Positions 51,743-61,900 of a DNA stretch of 64,000 bases are shown in pieces. Both the position numbers and the translations under genes were made by a program. Each line of letters begins with the position of its first letter. Position 1 is the stretch's first letter. The notes under the pieces are model-generated. The model had not been told where the DNA came from, made no database searches, and saw only the letters and a program-made list of their open reading frames with translations. The DNA lies in assembly GCA_000165345.1 (NCBI GenBank), contig CM000436.1:1248001-1312000 (forward strand), given 5' to 3'.

Positions 51743-52492
51743 ATGGCAGAACATTTAGCTCGGATCTTAGGCACTGAAGAGGATCGTGTAAACTGTCCGT
51801 TCTACTGGAAAATTGGGGCGTGCCGTCATGGAGATCAGTGCAGTAGGAATCATTATAAGCCCACTAGTAGTCCAACAGTGATTATTAGGCATATTTACGA
51901 GAATAGTCCAGTAGCTTTGGCAATAGCTGAAGGCCAAGAGGTTAGTGATAAGCTTGCAGATGAAGAATCTGACAAGGTTGAGGTTTTTTATGAGGAAATG
52001 TTTAAGGAATTATCAAAATATGGTGAGATTTTAGAATTATTGATTTGCGATAATATTGGCGATCATATGATTGGGAACGTATACATTCGTTTTTCAACAG
52101 AAGAATATGCAAAAACTGCATTGGCCAATCTGAGAGGAAAGATGTATGCTGGTAAACCTATCAATATCGAGCTTTCACCTGTTAGCGATTTTAAGGAGGC
52201 TCGTTGCAGACAGTATATAGATGGTTGTTGCAATAGAGGAGGATATTGCAACTTTATGCATATAAAGCACGTACCAAGATGCGTAAAGGATAAGATATTT
52301 GATCAAATGTATTCTGAACATCCAGAATATCTTCACAGGAAAACAAATTCATGTGGGAAGTCTAGTGCTAGAGATGACGGAAAAGGCTCAGAATCATCAA
52401 GACCTCGAAAATTCCAAAGACAATCATCAGAAGAAAGGAGGCTAATGATAGAATCATGGAATAAACGTAGGGAAAACAACTCTTGGTATTGA
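51743..52492 (+). CDS. U2AF1: U2AF small subunit (U2AF35): C3H1 zinc finger, UHM-RRM, C3H1 zinc finger
   Basis: [37 protein letters not shown] is close to human [37 protein letters not shown]. ...[25 protein letters not shown]...[31 protein letters not shown] matches through the second zinc finger. The C-terminal tail is RS/RE-rich. Confidence 0.93.
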   Translation: [249 protein letters not shown]

Positions 52493-52541
52493 TTATATTA
52501 AATTTAATTATATTCCTAATATACTTCTATTTTTCTGTTTC

Positions 52542-53552
52542 TTATTGATTACATAAATTGCATATTTGAGCATTAAGACAATTATTATGTACATACATTT
52601 TACATAAGGAGCATACTCTATTTCCACTTTTGTACAGGGCACAATTACAAACTCCGCATATTAAATCCTTTTCATCTTCTTTGCATTCATAGCAAATTCT
52701 TGTTCCATATTTTGAATCTAAGTAGTCGAAACCTTCTGGAAGGGATTCAGACAAAATTTCTCCATTTTCCACTGGGAAATTGATTAGTTTGTGACACTTA
52801 GAACATACTTTACAATCGTCACAGAGCCAGAAGTTTCTCGGAACTTTATGAAGCTTTGGATTTAAACATGATGTATGGAAGCAGCGGCTGCAAATATCGC
52901 AGAAAACCTGAATACTTGGTCTATCACTTCTCTTACATACAGTACAACTGATGCATTCAGAGCAAGCCCAAGGGAAGCTATTTTTAATATATTCAGACAT
53001 TTTTGGTGAACAACACCAAGTGTGGAAAGACTTATGACAAACATTACATCTAAGAATATTCTCATAGTTTTCTTTGTCAGAACACTCCTCGGCACAGCAC
53101 TGAGTGGCTGTAGATTCATCCAATTCATTTCCAGACCCTTGTTTATCAACATCCTCAAGTAATGCAGTTTGTTCACTATCTTCTGAACACTCAGAATTTT
53201 TTGAAACCACAATATCTGACATTTTCTCAGAATTCAGCTCTCGAATTCTCTTCTTTTCTTTCTCATATCTTATGTTGAATTCTTCTCTCTCCCTTGCTAC
53301 TATTCTTTCAATGCGCTTATATTTCTGAGTACTGGATCTCAAGCCAATTCTTGCCTCATTACTATCAGCAAGAAGCTTCAGTAGTTCGTGGATCTGAGAT
53401 GAAGGCAAGATCTTTTCAAACATAGATTTGAGCTCATGATCTCCAGTGTAGTAAAAATTCTTATTTCCCTTTGTACATGTGCAATAAGTTAATTTTGTGT
53501 ACCTACATCTAATGTGATATTTATTTCGGAATATTTCCAAGTTATCCTGCAT
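52542..53552 (-). CDS. PHD-finger protein with two or three C4HC3 fingers. The true ATG is at 53552; the track start at 53564 is TTG.
   Basis: The C-terminal half has tandem Cys/His clusters with PHD spacing: CNVCHKSFHTWCCSPK...WACSECISCTVCKRSD...VFCDICSRCFHTSCLNP...WLCDDCKVCSKCHK. The N-terminal half is a coiled coil. Confidence 0.6.
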   Translation of the reverse strand: MQDNLEIFRNKYHIRCRYTKLTYCTCTKGNKNFYYTGDHELKSMFEKILPSSQIHELLKLLADSNEARIGLRSSTQKYKRIERIVAREREEFNIRYEKEKKRIRELNSEKMSDIVVSKNSECSEDSEQTALLEDVDKQGSGNELDESTATQCCAEECSDKENYENILRCNVCHKSFHTWCCSPKMSEYIKNSFPWACSECISCTVCKRSDRPSIQVFCDICSRCFHTSCLNPKLHKVPRNFWLCDDCKVCSKCHKLINFPVENGEILSESLPEGFDYLDSKYGTRICYECKEDEKDLICGVCNCALYKSGNRVCSLCKMYVHNNCLNAQICNLCNQ

Positions 53553-53778
53553 TTTCAAAAACAATAATTACCTAAAATATAATATGAGAATCAAAATAAT
53601 ATATCACATTTAAGTAATATATTATTTACTTAGCTATTTCTTCCTTACATTGCCTCGATTTAATACTTTGGAATAAAAGGTGGGGCATTGGCGCCAAGCT
53701 GTTATTGCTTCCATTCAAAGACTTAAGGGGAAAAACTAAAGGAGAAAGGAAGAAAAAGCCCAAAAGGTTTAGTTTCGA

Positions 53779-55425
53779 ATGATAGATGCATTTTTTGTAT
53801 TTAACAAAACTGGGCTAGTTCTCTGGTCATATAGAAGCGAAGATGCAGGGCCAGAGGAGATCTTAGAACAGGTTCTACAAGGCTTAGTAGAGCATATTTT
53901 CTTGGAAGAAAGGTTAACACAAAAATACTATGATCAGGGAGCTTATAGAGTAAACTGGAGCACAATCAATGAACATCAGATTATCTTGGCTATTGTTTAT
54001 CAAAATGCATATTCGGCTGTTTCTTCAGGCACATATTTTGAGACACTGCTCACAATGGCAAGAAAGAAAATAATAAAGATAATTACGGAAAATCTGGACT
54101 CTGTCGAGGACGATACCTACTTTGAGGGTTTCAGTGACCAATTTGTTGAGATGATAGATTTTTGTGATTCAAATTTGATGAAAAAAGGGGGAAGTAAGGC
54201 TGACCTTAGTTCTTTTGACAGCTCAGATGAAAAAAACTCTTATTCTAAGAGTAAAAGTTACGATGACAAAAATAAAGATTCCGAAGATACCAATTCTCAG
54301 ACTTCCAAATTTAAGAAAGCAAGTAGGCAATGGGGCAATCAAAAAGTTACAAAGAAGAATATGGAAATGCTTGATTACTCAAAGAGGAGTGGTAACTCGG
54401 AAGAGAGCCAATCCAAACTCAGTTTCTACGAAAGAAATGAAGATGAGGTTAGTGATGATGAGATTGAGGAAATCAATCAAGAGAAGAAAGCTGTATCATA
54501 CTGGAGTAATTTTCTTTCAAGCCAATTTGGAATTTTAAATAATAATACTACTTTAACAGCAGAAATGGTTGAGAAGCCGCTTCAGAAACTTAAGAGCCAA
54601 CTAGTTGAGAAGAATGTGGCATCTGAAATAGCTCAAGATATTATTGACTCAGTATCAAATGCTTTGGTTGGGGTAAAGACTCAAGGGGGCTTTTCTAAGC
54701 TAGACACAATTTTACTAAACAGTTTAAGAGATGCAATTACCAAAATCCTCTCACCTAAGAAGCCTACTGATGTTCTCTCTGATGCTTTAAAGGCAAAGCA
54801 ACATAGTCAAGTCTACTCTATTGTTTTCCTTGGAGTGAATGGAGTGGGAAAATCTACAAACTTGGCTAAAGTTTGCTATTTGCTCAAGAACAAAGGAAAT
54901 TTAAATGTATTGATTGTTGCATGCGACACATTTAGGGCAGGAGCAATCGAACAGCTAAAAACCCATGCAAATTGTTTGGGGGTTCAACTTTATGAGAAAG
55001 GATATGGTAAAGATGCGGCCATGGTCGCCAAAGATGCGATTTCTTATGCTAAAGATAAAGGATTTGACGTCGTTCTAATTGATACTGCGGGGAGAATGCA
55101 AGACAATGTTCCTTTGATGAAATCACTGGCCAAACTAGTGCAAGTTAATAATCCAAACCTAGTTTTATTTGTTGGGGAAGCTCTTGTTGGGAATGATGCT
55201 GTTCATCAACTTCAAGTTTTTAACAAATACCTTGTTGAATTTGGGGACAGGCCCATTGACGGAATTATTCTCACAAAATTTGACACTGTGGATGATAAAG
55301 TTGGCGCTGCTTTATCAATGGTTTACACAACTGGACAGCCAGTTGTTTTTGTTGGAACTGGCCAAAAATACTTTAATCTTAAGACATTATCAGTTCCTTC
55401 AGTTGTAAATGCCCTTCTTAAATAA
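53779..55425 (+). CDS. SRPRA: Signal recognition particle receptor alpha subunit (SR-alpha)
   Basis: An N-terminal SRX longin-like domain (MIDAFFVFNKTGLVLWSY) precedes an acidic linker. The C-terminal SRP54-type NG GTPase domain carries VFLGVNGVGKSTNLAK (G1), VLIDTAGRMQDN (G3) and ILTKFDTVDDKVGAALS (G4/G5). Confidence 0.9.
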   Translation: MIDAFFVFNKTGLVLWSYRSEDAGPEEILEQVLQGLVEHIFLEERLTQKYYDQGAYRVNWSTINEHQIILAIVYQNAYSAVSSGTYFETLLTMARKKIIKIITENLDSVEDDTYFEGFSDQFVEMIDFCDSNLMKKGGSKADLSSFDSSDEKNSYSKSKSYDDKNKDSEDTNSQTSKFKKASRQWGNQKVTKKNMEMLDYSKRSGNSEESQSKLSFYERNEDEVSDDEIEEINQEKKAVSYWSNFLSSQFGILNNNTTLTAEMVEKPLQKLKSQLVEKNVASEIAQDIIDSVSNALVGVKTQGGFSKLDTILLNSLRDAITKILSPKKPTDVLSDALKAKQHSQVYSIVFLGVNGVGKSTNLAKVCYLLKNKGNLNVLIVACDTFRAGAIEQLKTHANCLGVQLYEKGYGKDAAMVAKDAISYAKDKGFDVVLIDTAGRMQDNVPLMKSLAKLVQVNNPNLVLFVGEALVGNDAVHQLQVFNKYLVEFGDRPIDGIILTKFDTVDDKVGAALSMVYTTGQPVVFVGTGQKYFNLKTLSVPSVVNALLK

Positions 55426-55778
55426 TTTCTCCCGCAAACTATTAAAGTTTTATTTATAGATTTAACTCTCCCTTTATCGATTTATCACACATTTTTCTAT
55501 TCGAAAATTTTACAATATAAGACTAAATTTTGGCTAGTTACTGAACATTTTAAACCTTCAAATTCCATTTTTTTCTTCTTTATTTCCTCGTCATAGATTT
55601 GCATGTATAAATAAAAGTTAGATGGCGCCACATAAATTTTGCATTCATTTGTGTGTTTTAAAGGTGATTTAGCGAAATAAATAGTATTAAAACGTAAAAT
55701 AAATCAGAGGATGTAAGAGAATATTGATGCATGACGCTATTATAAAACGTAGAAGAACAATTAAGTTTCAATATTAAA

Positions 55779-57281
55779 ATGGAGTCGAATGGAGTAAATT
55801 TAAATAATAAAGAATGGACCAAAAAAAGGTGGATGCCCTGGATTACGATGGTTTTTACATCGTTTTTCACAGTAAGTGGGGGATCTTATGGTTCTGAGGT
55901 AGTTCTTCCAGTAATTGGATTGCGAAACTTTACTTTAATTCAGATATGTATTTGTATTTTTTACGCAATACCCCTGATTTTGATCTATGAAATGCTAAAC
56001 AAATCATTTCCACCAAATTCAGGCCCAAAAAGCTGGTGTGAAAGTATTTTTGACCCATTTTTAGCTGTATTTCTGGATGTACTTTACATTTTTATGGAAA
56101 TAGGTATGCTTTCTTCCTACGTAGGTGTAGCATCAGCATATATACACTCTTTTTCAAGGTCTTTAAAATATGGTGCATTTTCTACTAGTGGCCAGTTATC
56201 TATCTCAGTAATTGTTTTCCTATTAATAATTGCAGTTTCTTTACTTCTTACATACTTTGATGACTATATTATTTGGATGTTTAGTGTTGTGGTTGCGCCT
56301 TTAATAATAATGGTAATTTTTACTTTTTATTCAATCCCAATAAATTCATGGAGAGCAATTCCAGATTTACCTGAGAGAAGCCAATTAGACTGGATCACTG
56401 GACTTCAATATGTGATGTGGTTAAATTGTGGCTATGAGAGGTCTTTCTCTCCTAATTCGAAAGCTTCAAAGGGTCAATTAACAAATGATAGGGACTTTAA
56501 GTTTTGCTTGATTGCAAACGCAATTCTCGTTTCTATTCTATATATACTTCCTCTTTGGTGCGGATGTTGTATTCTGAATCACTTTAACAGAGATGGAAGA
56601 TCGTTTCAGCTTGGTAATTTCTTCACTTTTTCAGGATTCTTGGTAGGAGGAAATTTTTTGTCGAGCATGATTACTATTTCTGCTTGCTTCTCATCTATTG
56701 GGTGCATTACTTCAGATGTGGGATTAGTTTCGCAATTTCTTATCGCACAATGGTACAGAATCAAAAATATTAAAAATTATAGATCATCATTTCTTCAAGA
56801 AACTCTCGTTTCTCTGGGAATTGTCATGTTTTGTTCTTTTTTAACATTATTGATTAACCAGGAGCATTTTGCTGCAGGCGCATCAACTCTTTATGGATTC
56901 ATTACCTTAATTACTGTAATTGCATATCTCAAATTTCTTTGGACTATTGACTCAAAAGAGACTTTTCCAGACTCAGAATTCCCTCTTATTAATAATGAAA
57001 ATATTACTAAGCCTTCACATATTCTATTACTAAACTCACTATACTACAGTAAGCTACCTCTCAGAATTAAGCAAATTATACATTCGACGCTTGCAATCCC
57101 AGCTATATTTTTCACCCTCGTTATATTTTTTACTACCTCTTCCATACTATATTTGACTATTATTTTACTAGCACTCTTTGCCACCCCTATATTTGTTCCA
57201 AAATATAACAAAGATAATAATATTAAAAACATAAAAATCGAATCATCAAAAAAGTTCCCAGGATTTTTGAACCTACTATAG
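55779..57281 (+). CDS. Polytopic membrane transporter (about 11-12 TM), possibly an APC-superfamily amino-acid/polyamine permease
   Basis: 500-aa ATG ORF of regularly spaced hydrophobic helices. TM1 has a VSGGSYGSE glycine-rich unwound-helix motif like APC permeases. There is no soluble domain. Confidence 0.4.
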   Translation: MESNGVNLNNKEWTKKRWMPWITMVFTSFFTVSGGSYGSEVVLPVIGLRNFTLIQICICIFYAIPLILIYEMLNKSFPPNSGPKSWCESIFDPFLAVFLDVLYIFMEIGMLSSYVGVASAYIHSFSRSLKYGAFSTSGQLSISVIVFLLIIAVSLLLTYFDDYIIWMFSVVVAPLIIMVIFTFYSIPINSWRAIPDLPERSQLDWITGLQYVMWLNCGYERSFSPNSKASKGQLTNDRDFKFCLIANAILVSILYILPLWCGCCILNHFNRDGRSFQLGNFFTFSGFLVGGNFLSSMITISACFSSIGCITSDVGLVSQFLIAQWYRIKNIKNYRSSFLQETLVSLGIVMFCSFLTLLINQEHFAAGASTLYGFITLITVIAYLKFLWTIDSKETFPDSEFPLINNENITKPSHILLLNSLYYSKLPLRIKQIIHSTLAIPAIFFTLVIFFTTSSILYLTIILLALFATPIFVPKYNKDNNIKNIKIESSKKFPGFLNLL

Positions 57282-57439
57282 ATAAAATAATGCCTAATTT
57301 TTTATTTTATTTTTCACCTTATATTTTCTCATGTATTGTGAATTATTAATTCCCGCCAAAAGTTTTAAAAATATAGTAATTCTTGACATGCCAAAAATAA
57401 ATTGAATGTTGGCTCTTTAAATTAGAAAAAGAATAAATA

Positions 57440-58501
57440 ATGGAAATAGTTGGTAAAAAAAGACGGAGAGAATTAGGTATTGATTGGTCATTAGTTGATA
57501 TTTCGAGATTTTTACTTCGAATTTCCTATATAGGAACTAACTATTTTGTAAGTTGAAAAATCAATTACCGAAATGGTGATTCTAGACTACTCCGATTATT
57601 TTTCTTTAAAAAATGGTAATTATGGAGGTCTTTATTAATGATATTTTAACTAATTTTTTTCCAGGGAATAGCATTTCAAAAAGACGATAAAATACCTACA
57701 ATAGAGGGAGAGATCTACAAGGCACTGCTTCAGCTAAGACTCATTAAAGATATTGATTCATGCGACTTAGTTCGATGCGGAAGGACAGATAGAGGAGTTC
57801 ACTCTGCTGGAAATTACATTTCAGTTAACTTGAGGACAAGAGCGAAGAACTTGGAACCTTATAATTATATGGAAATGTTGAATGGTGTGCTACCATGGGA
57901 CATTAGAGTTATTGGTTACTGCGAGGTTAGACCTGACTTCAGTGCTCGTTTTGATTGTGAATATAGACTTTATAAATATTTCTTTCCTTTAAACCATGAA
58001 AGAACAAAGATATCCAAGTTTCCAAAAATCCCACCAGAGCAAGTCCCGCTAATGAACGTTGCTGCAAAACAGTTCTTAGGAACCCATGATTATAGAAGGT
58101 TCTGTAAGATGGACTTGAAGAATCGAAAAAATCAAACTTATATTCGTACTATTTATGAATTTGATATCAATTTTGTAGATGAGAACAGGACATTTGCTGT
58201 TGCAACAATCAAAGGATCTGCTTTTTTATGGCATCAAGTCAGGCTAATGATGGGTATTCTTTTTGAAATTGGACAACAGAAATTTAACCCAGAAGTTATT
58301 ACACAAATGTTAACAGATGTGGAGCAGAAGAACATTGCAGAACTTTCTTTCCAAATGGCCACTGAACTTGGTTTGGTACTATGGGACTGTGTGTTTAAAG
58401 AATATGATATCCAATGCAATACAAATTCATTGAAAACATTTCTAGATGAATCAGAGTCTTTAAAACTCAAAGCATCACTATACAGTTTTATTGGGTCGTA
58501 G
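57440..58501 (+). CDS. TruA-family tRNA pseudouridine synthase (Pus3/Deg1-like). Two exons, 57440..57547 and 57665..58501.
   Basis: Exon 1 encodes MEIVGKKRRRELGIDWSLVDISRFLLRISYIGTNYF and is followed by GTAAGT. The 117-nt intron ends TTTTTTTCCAG. Exon 2 reads in frame into track ORF 57830..58501, which itself begins at an internal TTG. The catalytic motif is VRCGRTDRGVHSAGNYISV (GRTDxGVH). No in-frame stop lies between 57650 and 58501. Confidence 0.7.
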
Positions 58502-58913
58502 TTTTAAGTATTTTTTTTAAAATAAATTTCTTTTTTTTTAATTTTTTGATTAATATTCTTGTGGGTATCTTTCTACAAGGGTAACGTGTGCGTGAAAACG
58601 AATAAATAAATCAAATGAAAGTCCCAAAGCGAGTTCAAATATCAAATATTCACAAAAACAGGATTTTAGTAAGTGTCTGTTGATGTTTAAGAACAATTCT
58701 GAACAAGTAAACTTTCTATATTAAGCTAAAGATTTTAATAGATAGATTGTGTGCGTGTGTACAAATATAAAATTGGACACACAAAAATTAACATAATATA
58801 AATAAAACTTGGAATGAAAGAAACTAAAAGAAGAGATTTAGATGAGAAGGTTAAGAGAGAATTAGTTTTAGGTACCCAGAAAGCAAAACTTTCGTTTCTA
58901 TGTGGTGTATAAT

Positions 58914-61900
58914 ATGTTTATTAAAAAGTTCATTTTAATATTTCTTATTTTAATATTTTTAATATGTCAGACCCAGGGAATTAGTAATGATTTAAGTTCA
59001 TTAACATCAAATTTAGTCTCAAAATACATGACGAAGGAAGAGTTTTTGGGCGAATGTAAAAGAGAATTGCCGAAATTTAGATCAAATCTTACAGAAACGC
59101 AAGTTTATTTTTTGTGTTTAAAGGCACTTAAGTCTTCATTAGATAAAATATACAATAGCCCAGTGGGGAAGCTTTTAAATTCAGATTCAGTTCCCGAAGA
59201 TGTTGTTGAACACAAAACAGAGAATGATAATGTTGAGGGATATCGTAAACTACTTGACGATGTTTCAAATATTTTCTCTAGTGATGTTTATTTTGATGAA
59301 GATCTATTGGAAGCAGACAATGGTTTATTTTCAAATTCAATACAAACATTACTAGAGATTGATAAGAAGGAATTAAAGAGAAAGGAATTCATGGAAAAGA
59401 AGATAAAAGAAATTCAAAATACTGAAGAAAGACTTAGAGAAGAGTACAGAGAAAAGTTAAAAAAAAAATATCCTGAAGCTTACCATCCTTTAGCTCTAGA
59501 AATCTTTTCAACAATTTCAAAAGAAGATATTGAAACTTGGATGAATCTTCCTTTGAAGCTGAAGCTACCTGTTATTAATTACTACTTCTTGTTAGTTGCT
59601 ACAATGGGACAATCTTCTGAAAAAGAAGACAGACATAAAATATTTACAAAAGCAATTATATCTACAATAATAAGCAAAAATGAAATAAAGATTCCTAAGT
59701 ATATGACTTTACAAGATATAAGGTACGAGATTTGTAAGTTTGGAATGATTCATAAGTCAGGGTGTAAAATAGTTCCTTTCTCTACTTTGCTTTCTTTGCC
59801 TAGACACTCTTTTGAAATTTGGAAATCCTTTGGTTTAGTTCTTCAATTTGAGTTTTTGATCGCTATGACTTATAGTATAGAACACGAAATGAATTTTGAT
59901 AATTGTGACAAAGAAATATTTAAGATCACAAATGAAAAAAAGCTTAGAAAAGAAGAAGAAAGTAAAATTCGAGTTTATCTCTCGCATTTATTTCCAGAGG
60001 AAGATTCACTTCCATTGAAACATTTTAAAAGTGTCTTAAAATATCTTCTAGATATAGCAGTGAATGATGAACCATCCAAGTTAGACGATCAAAGTCAGTC
60101 ATATTCAGTAGTTAGTTCAAATTTTGCTCAAGAGAAGAATGATCAAACTTCTTCAATTCAAGTAAAACAATCAGAAAGTATTAATTTGGAGCTGGCCAAA
60201 GAAACAAAAATAGAAAATGAAGTTAAAGATAAAATTGAACATCAAGAGAAAAAGGTTACTGGCTTTTTTGATGAAGTAAAGGATGTTTCTACAATAGATA
60301 GTGAAAAAGTTGAGATTGATAAAAATGAATATAGTTCTAGAGAATACCCCACTCTAAATAATGACACTGATAATATTATAGAAGTTGCAAAGTTAGAAGA
60401 AATAAGGAAAATAAAAGATAACGGTATTAAAGAGAGCACTGCAGATAATAAGAATGAGGAAGAGTTTAATTTGATATCCTTAGTAAATTCTGAAACCAAA
60501 GTAAGAAACGCAAAAATTACTATGGAATCAGAAAAAAGTAATGGCTTAAAGAAGATTGATGTAGAAGGGCTTAATAGCCTCCCTCCTAATGAGTATAATC
60601 CATATTCAAATGTCGGCATTGGATCTGGCTTGATGAATAAAGAAGATGATGACTCATTTCCGGAAGAGGAAGAAAATCCTGAATTGGGAGATGAGTCTAA
60701 TGATGATTTAGAAGAAGGACAAGAAAACATTGAGAGTCATGAAGGTGATAACATGGAAAATGAGGATAATGGTGAAAATACCAATGCCGAAGAGTTGGGA
60801 GATGAGGGAAAGAAGGACGACTTGGATACTAGACAAGATGAATTGGATGGAGACTCTGGAAATGGAGAAGATCTTGGCCATAACGGAGAGGGAGAAGATG
60901 AAAATGATGATAAAGATGATACAGATGGTAGTGACCAGGATGGAAACAATGAAGAAGATACTCCAGATGGTGGGGACATAGGAGGTACAGATCAAGAAGA
61001 TTCTGATTCTGGAGGAGAGGCAAAAGGAACAGATTACGACGGAGAAGAAGGTAAGGAATTAGATTCCGATTCTGGAGATGGAGAAGGCGGAGGTGGAGAA
61101 GACAATGATGAAGTAGATGACGAAGAATCTAATTCAGGGGATGGTGATCATGGCGGAGATGATGGAGGAGATAATGATGAAGGAGAAGACGGGGAATCTA
61201 ATTCTGGAGATGGGGAAGAAAGTGGAAGCGGAGAAAACAATGGTGAAAGAGAGGAAGAAGAATCTACTTCAGGAGATGGAGGTTTTGGAGGAGATGTTGG
61301 AGGAGATGGTGGAGGAGATGGTGGAGGAGATGATGGAGGAGATGGTGGAGGAGATAATGATGGAGGAGATGAAGAATCTAGTTCTGGAGATGGGGGAGGA
61401 GGAGAAGATAATGATGAAGGAGAGGACAAAGAATCTAGTTCAGGGGATGGTGATCATGGCGGAGATGATGGAGGTGATAATGATGAAAGAGAAGACGGAG
61501 AATCTAATACTGGAGATAGAGAAGGAGGGGAAGAAGGCGACTCAGATTCCGGAGGATACGGAGGAGATAAGGATGAAGAAGGTGGAGATCTAGATTCTGA
61601 TTCAGGAGATGGTGGAAATGATGGAGGAGATAAAGATGGAGAGGGTGGGGACTTAGATTCTGATTTGGAAGATGGCGGAGATGATATAGGTGGGGGAGGT
61701 GGAGGCGAAGGAGAAGAAGGCGATTTAGATTCTGGAGGAGATGGTGGTGATTATATGGGCGACAGCAATAAAGATTCAGATTTAGGAGATAGGGCCGAAG
61801 TTGGTGGAGGTGGAGACGAAGGAGAAGATGGTGGTTTAGATTCTGGAGGGGGTGGGTTGGACAATTTTGAAGGTAACACAGGAGATTCATACTCTGAAAG

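Noticed and set aside
52862-53212. 116-aa minus-strand ORF inside the PHD-finger gene
   Set aside because: It is an alternative frame of the Cys/His-rich coding region. The PHD frame has the correct C4HC3 spacing.
60242-61890. Cluster of short minus-strand ORFs (Ser/Pro-rich SPPSPP..., Leu/His-rich) and plus-strand ORFs at 60730 and 61117
   Set aside because: All overlap the continuous frame-0 ORF from 58914, which has a signal peptide and runs stop-free to the window end. They are frame-shifted or antisense products of its GGA/GAT/GAA repeats.
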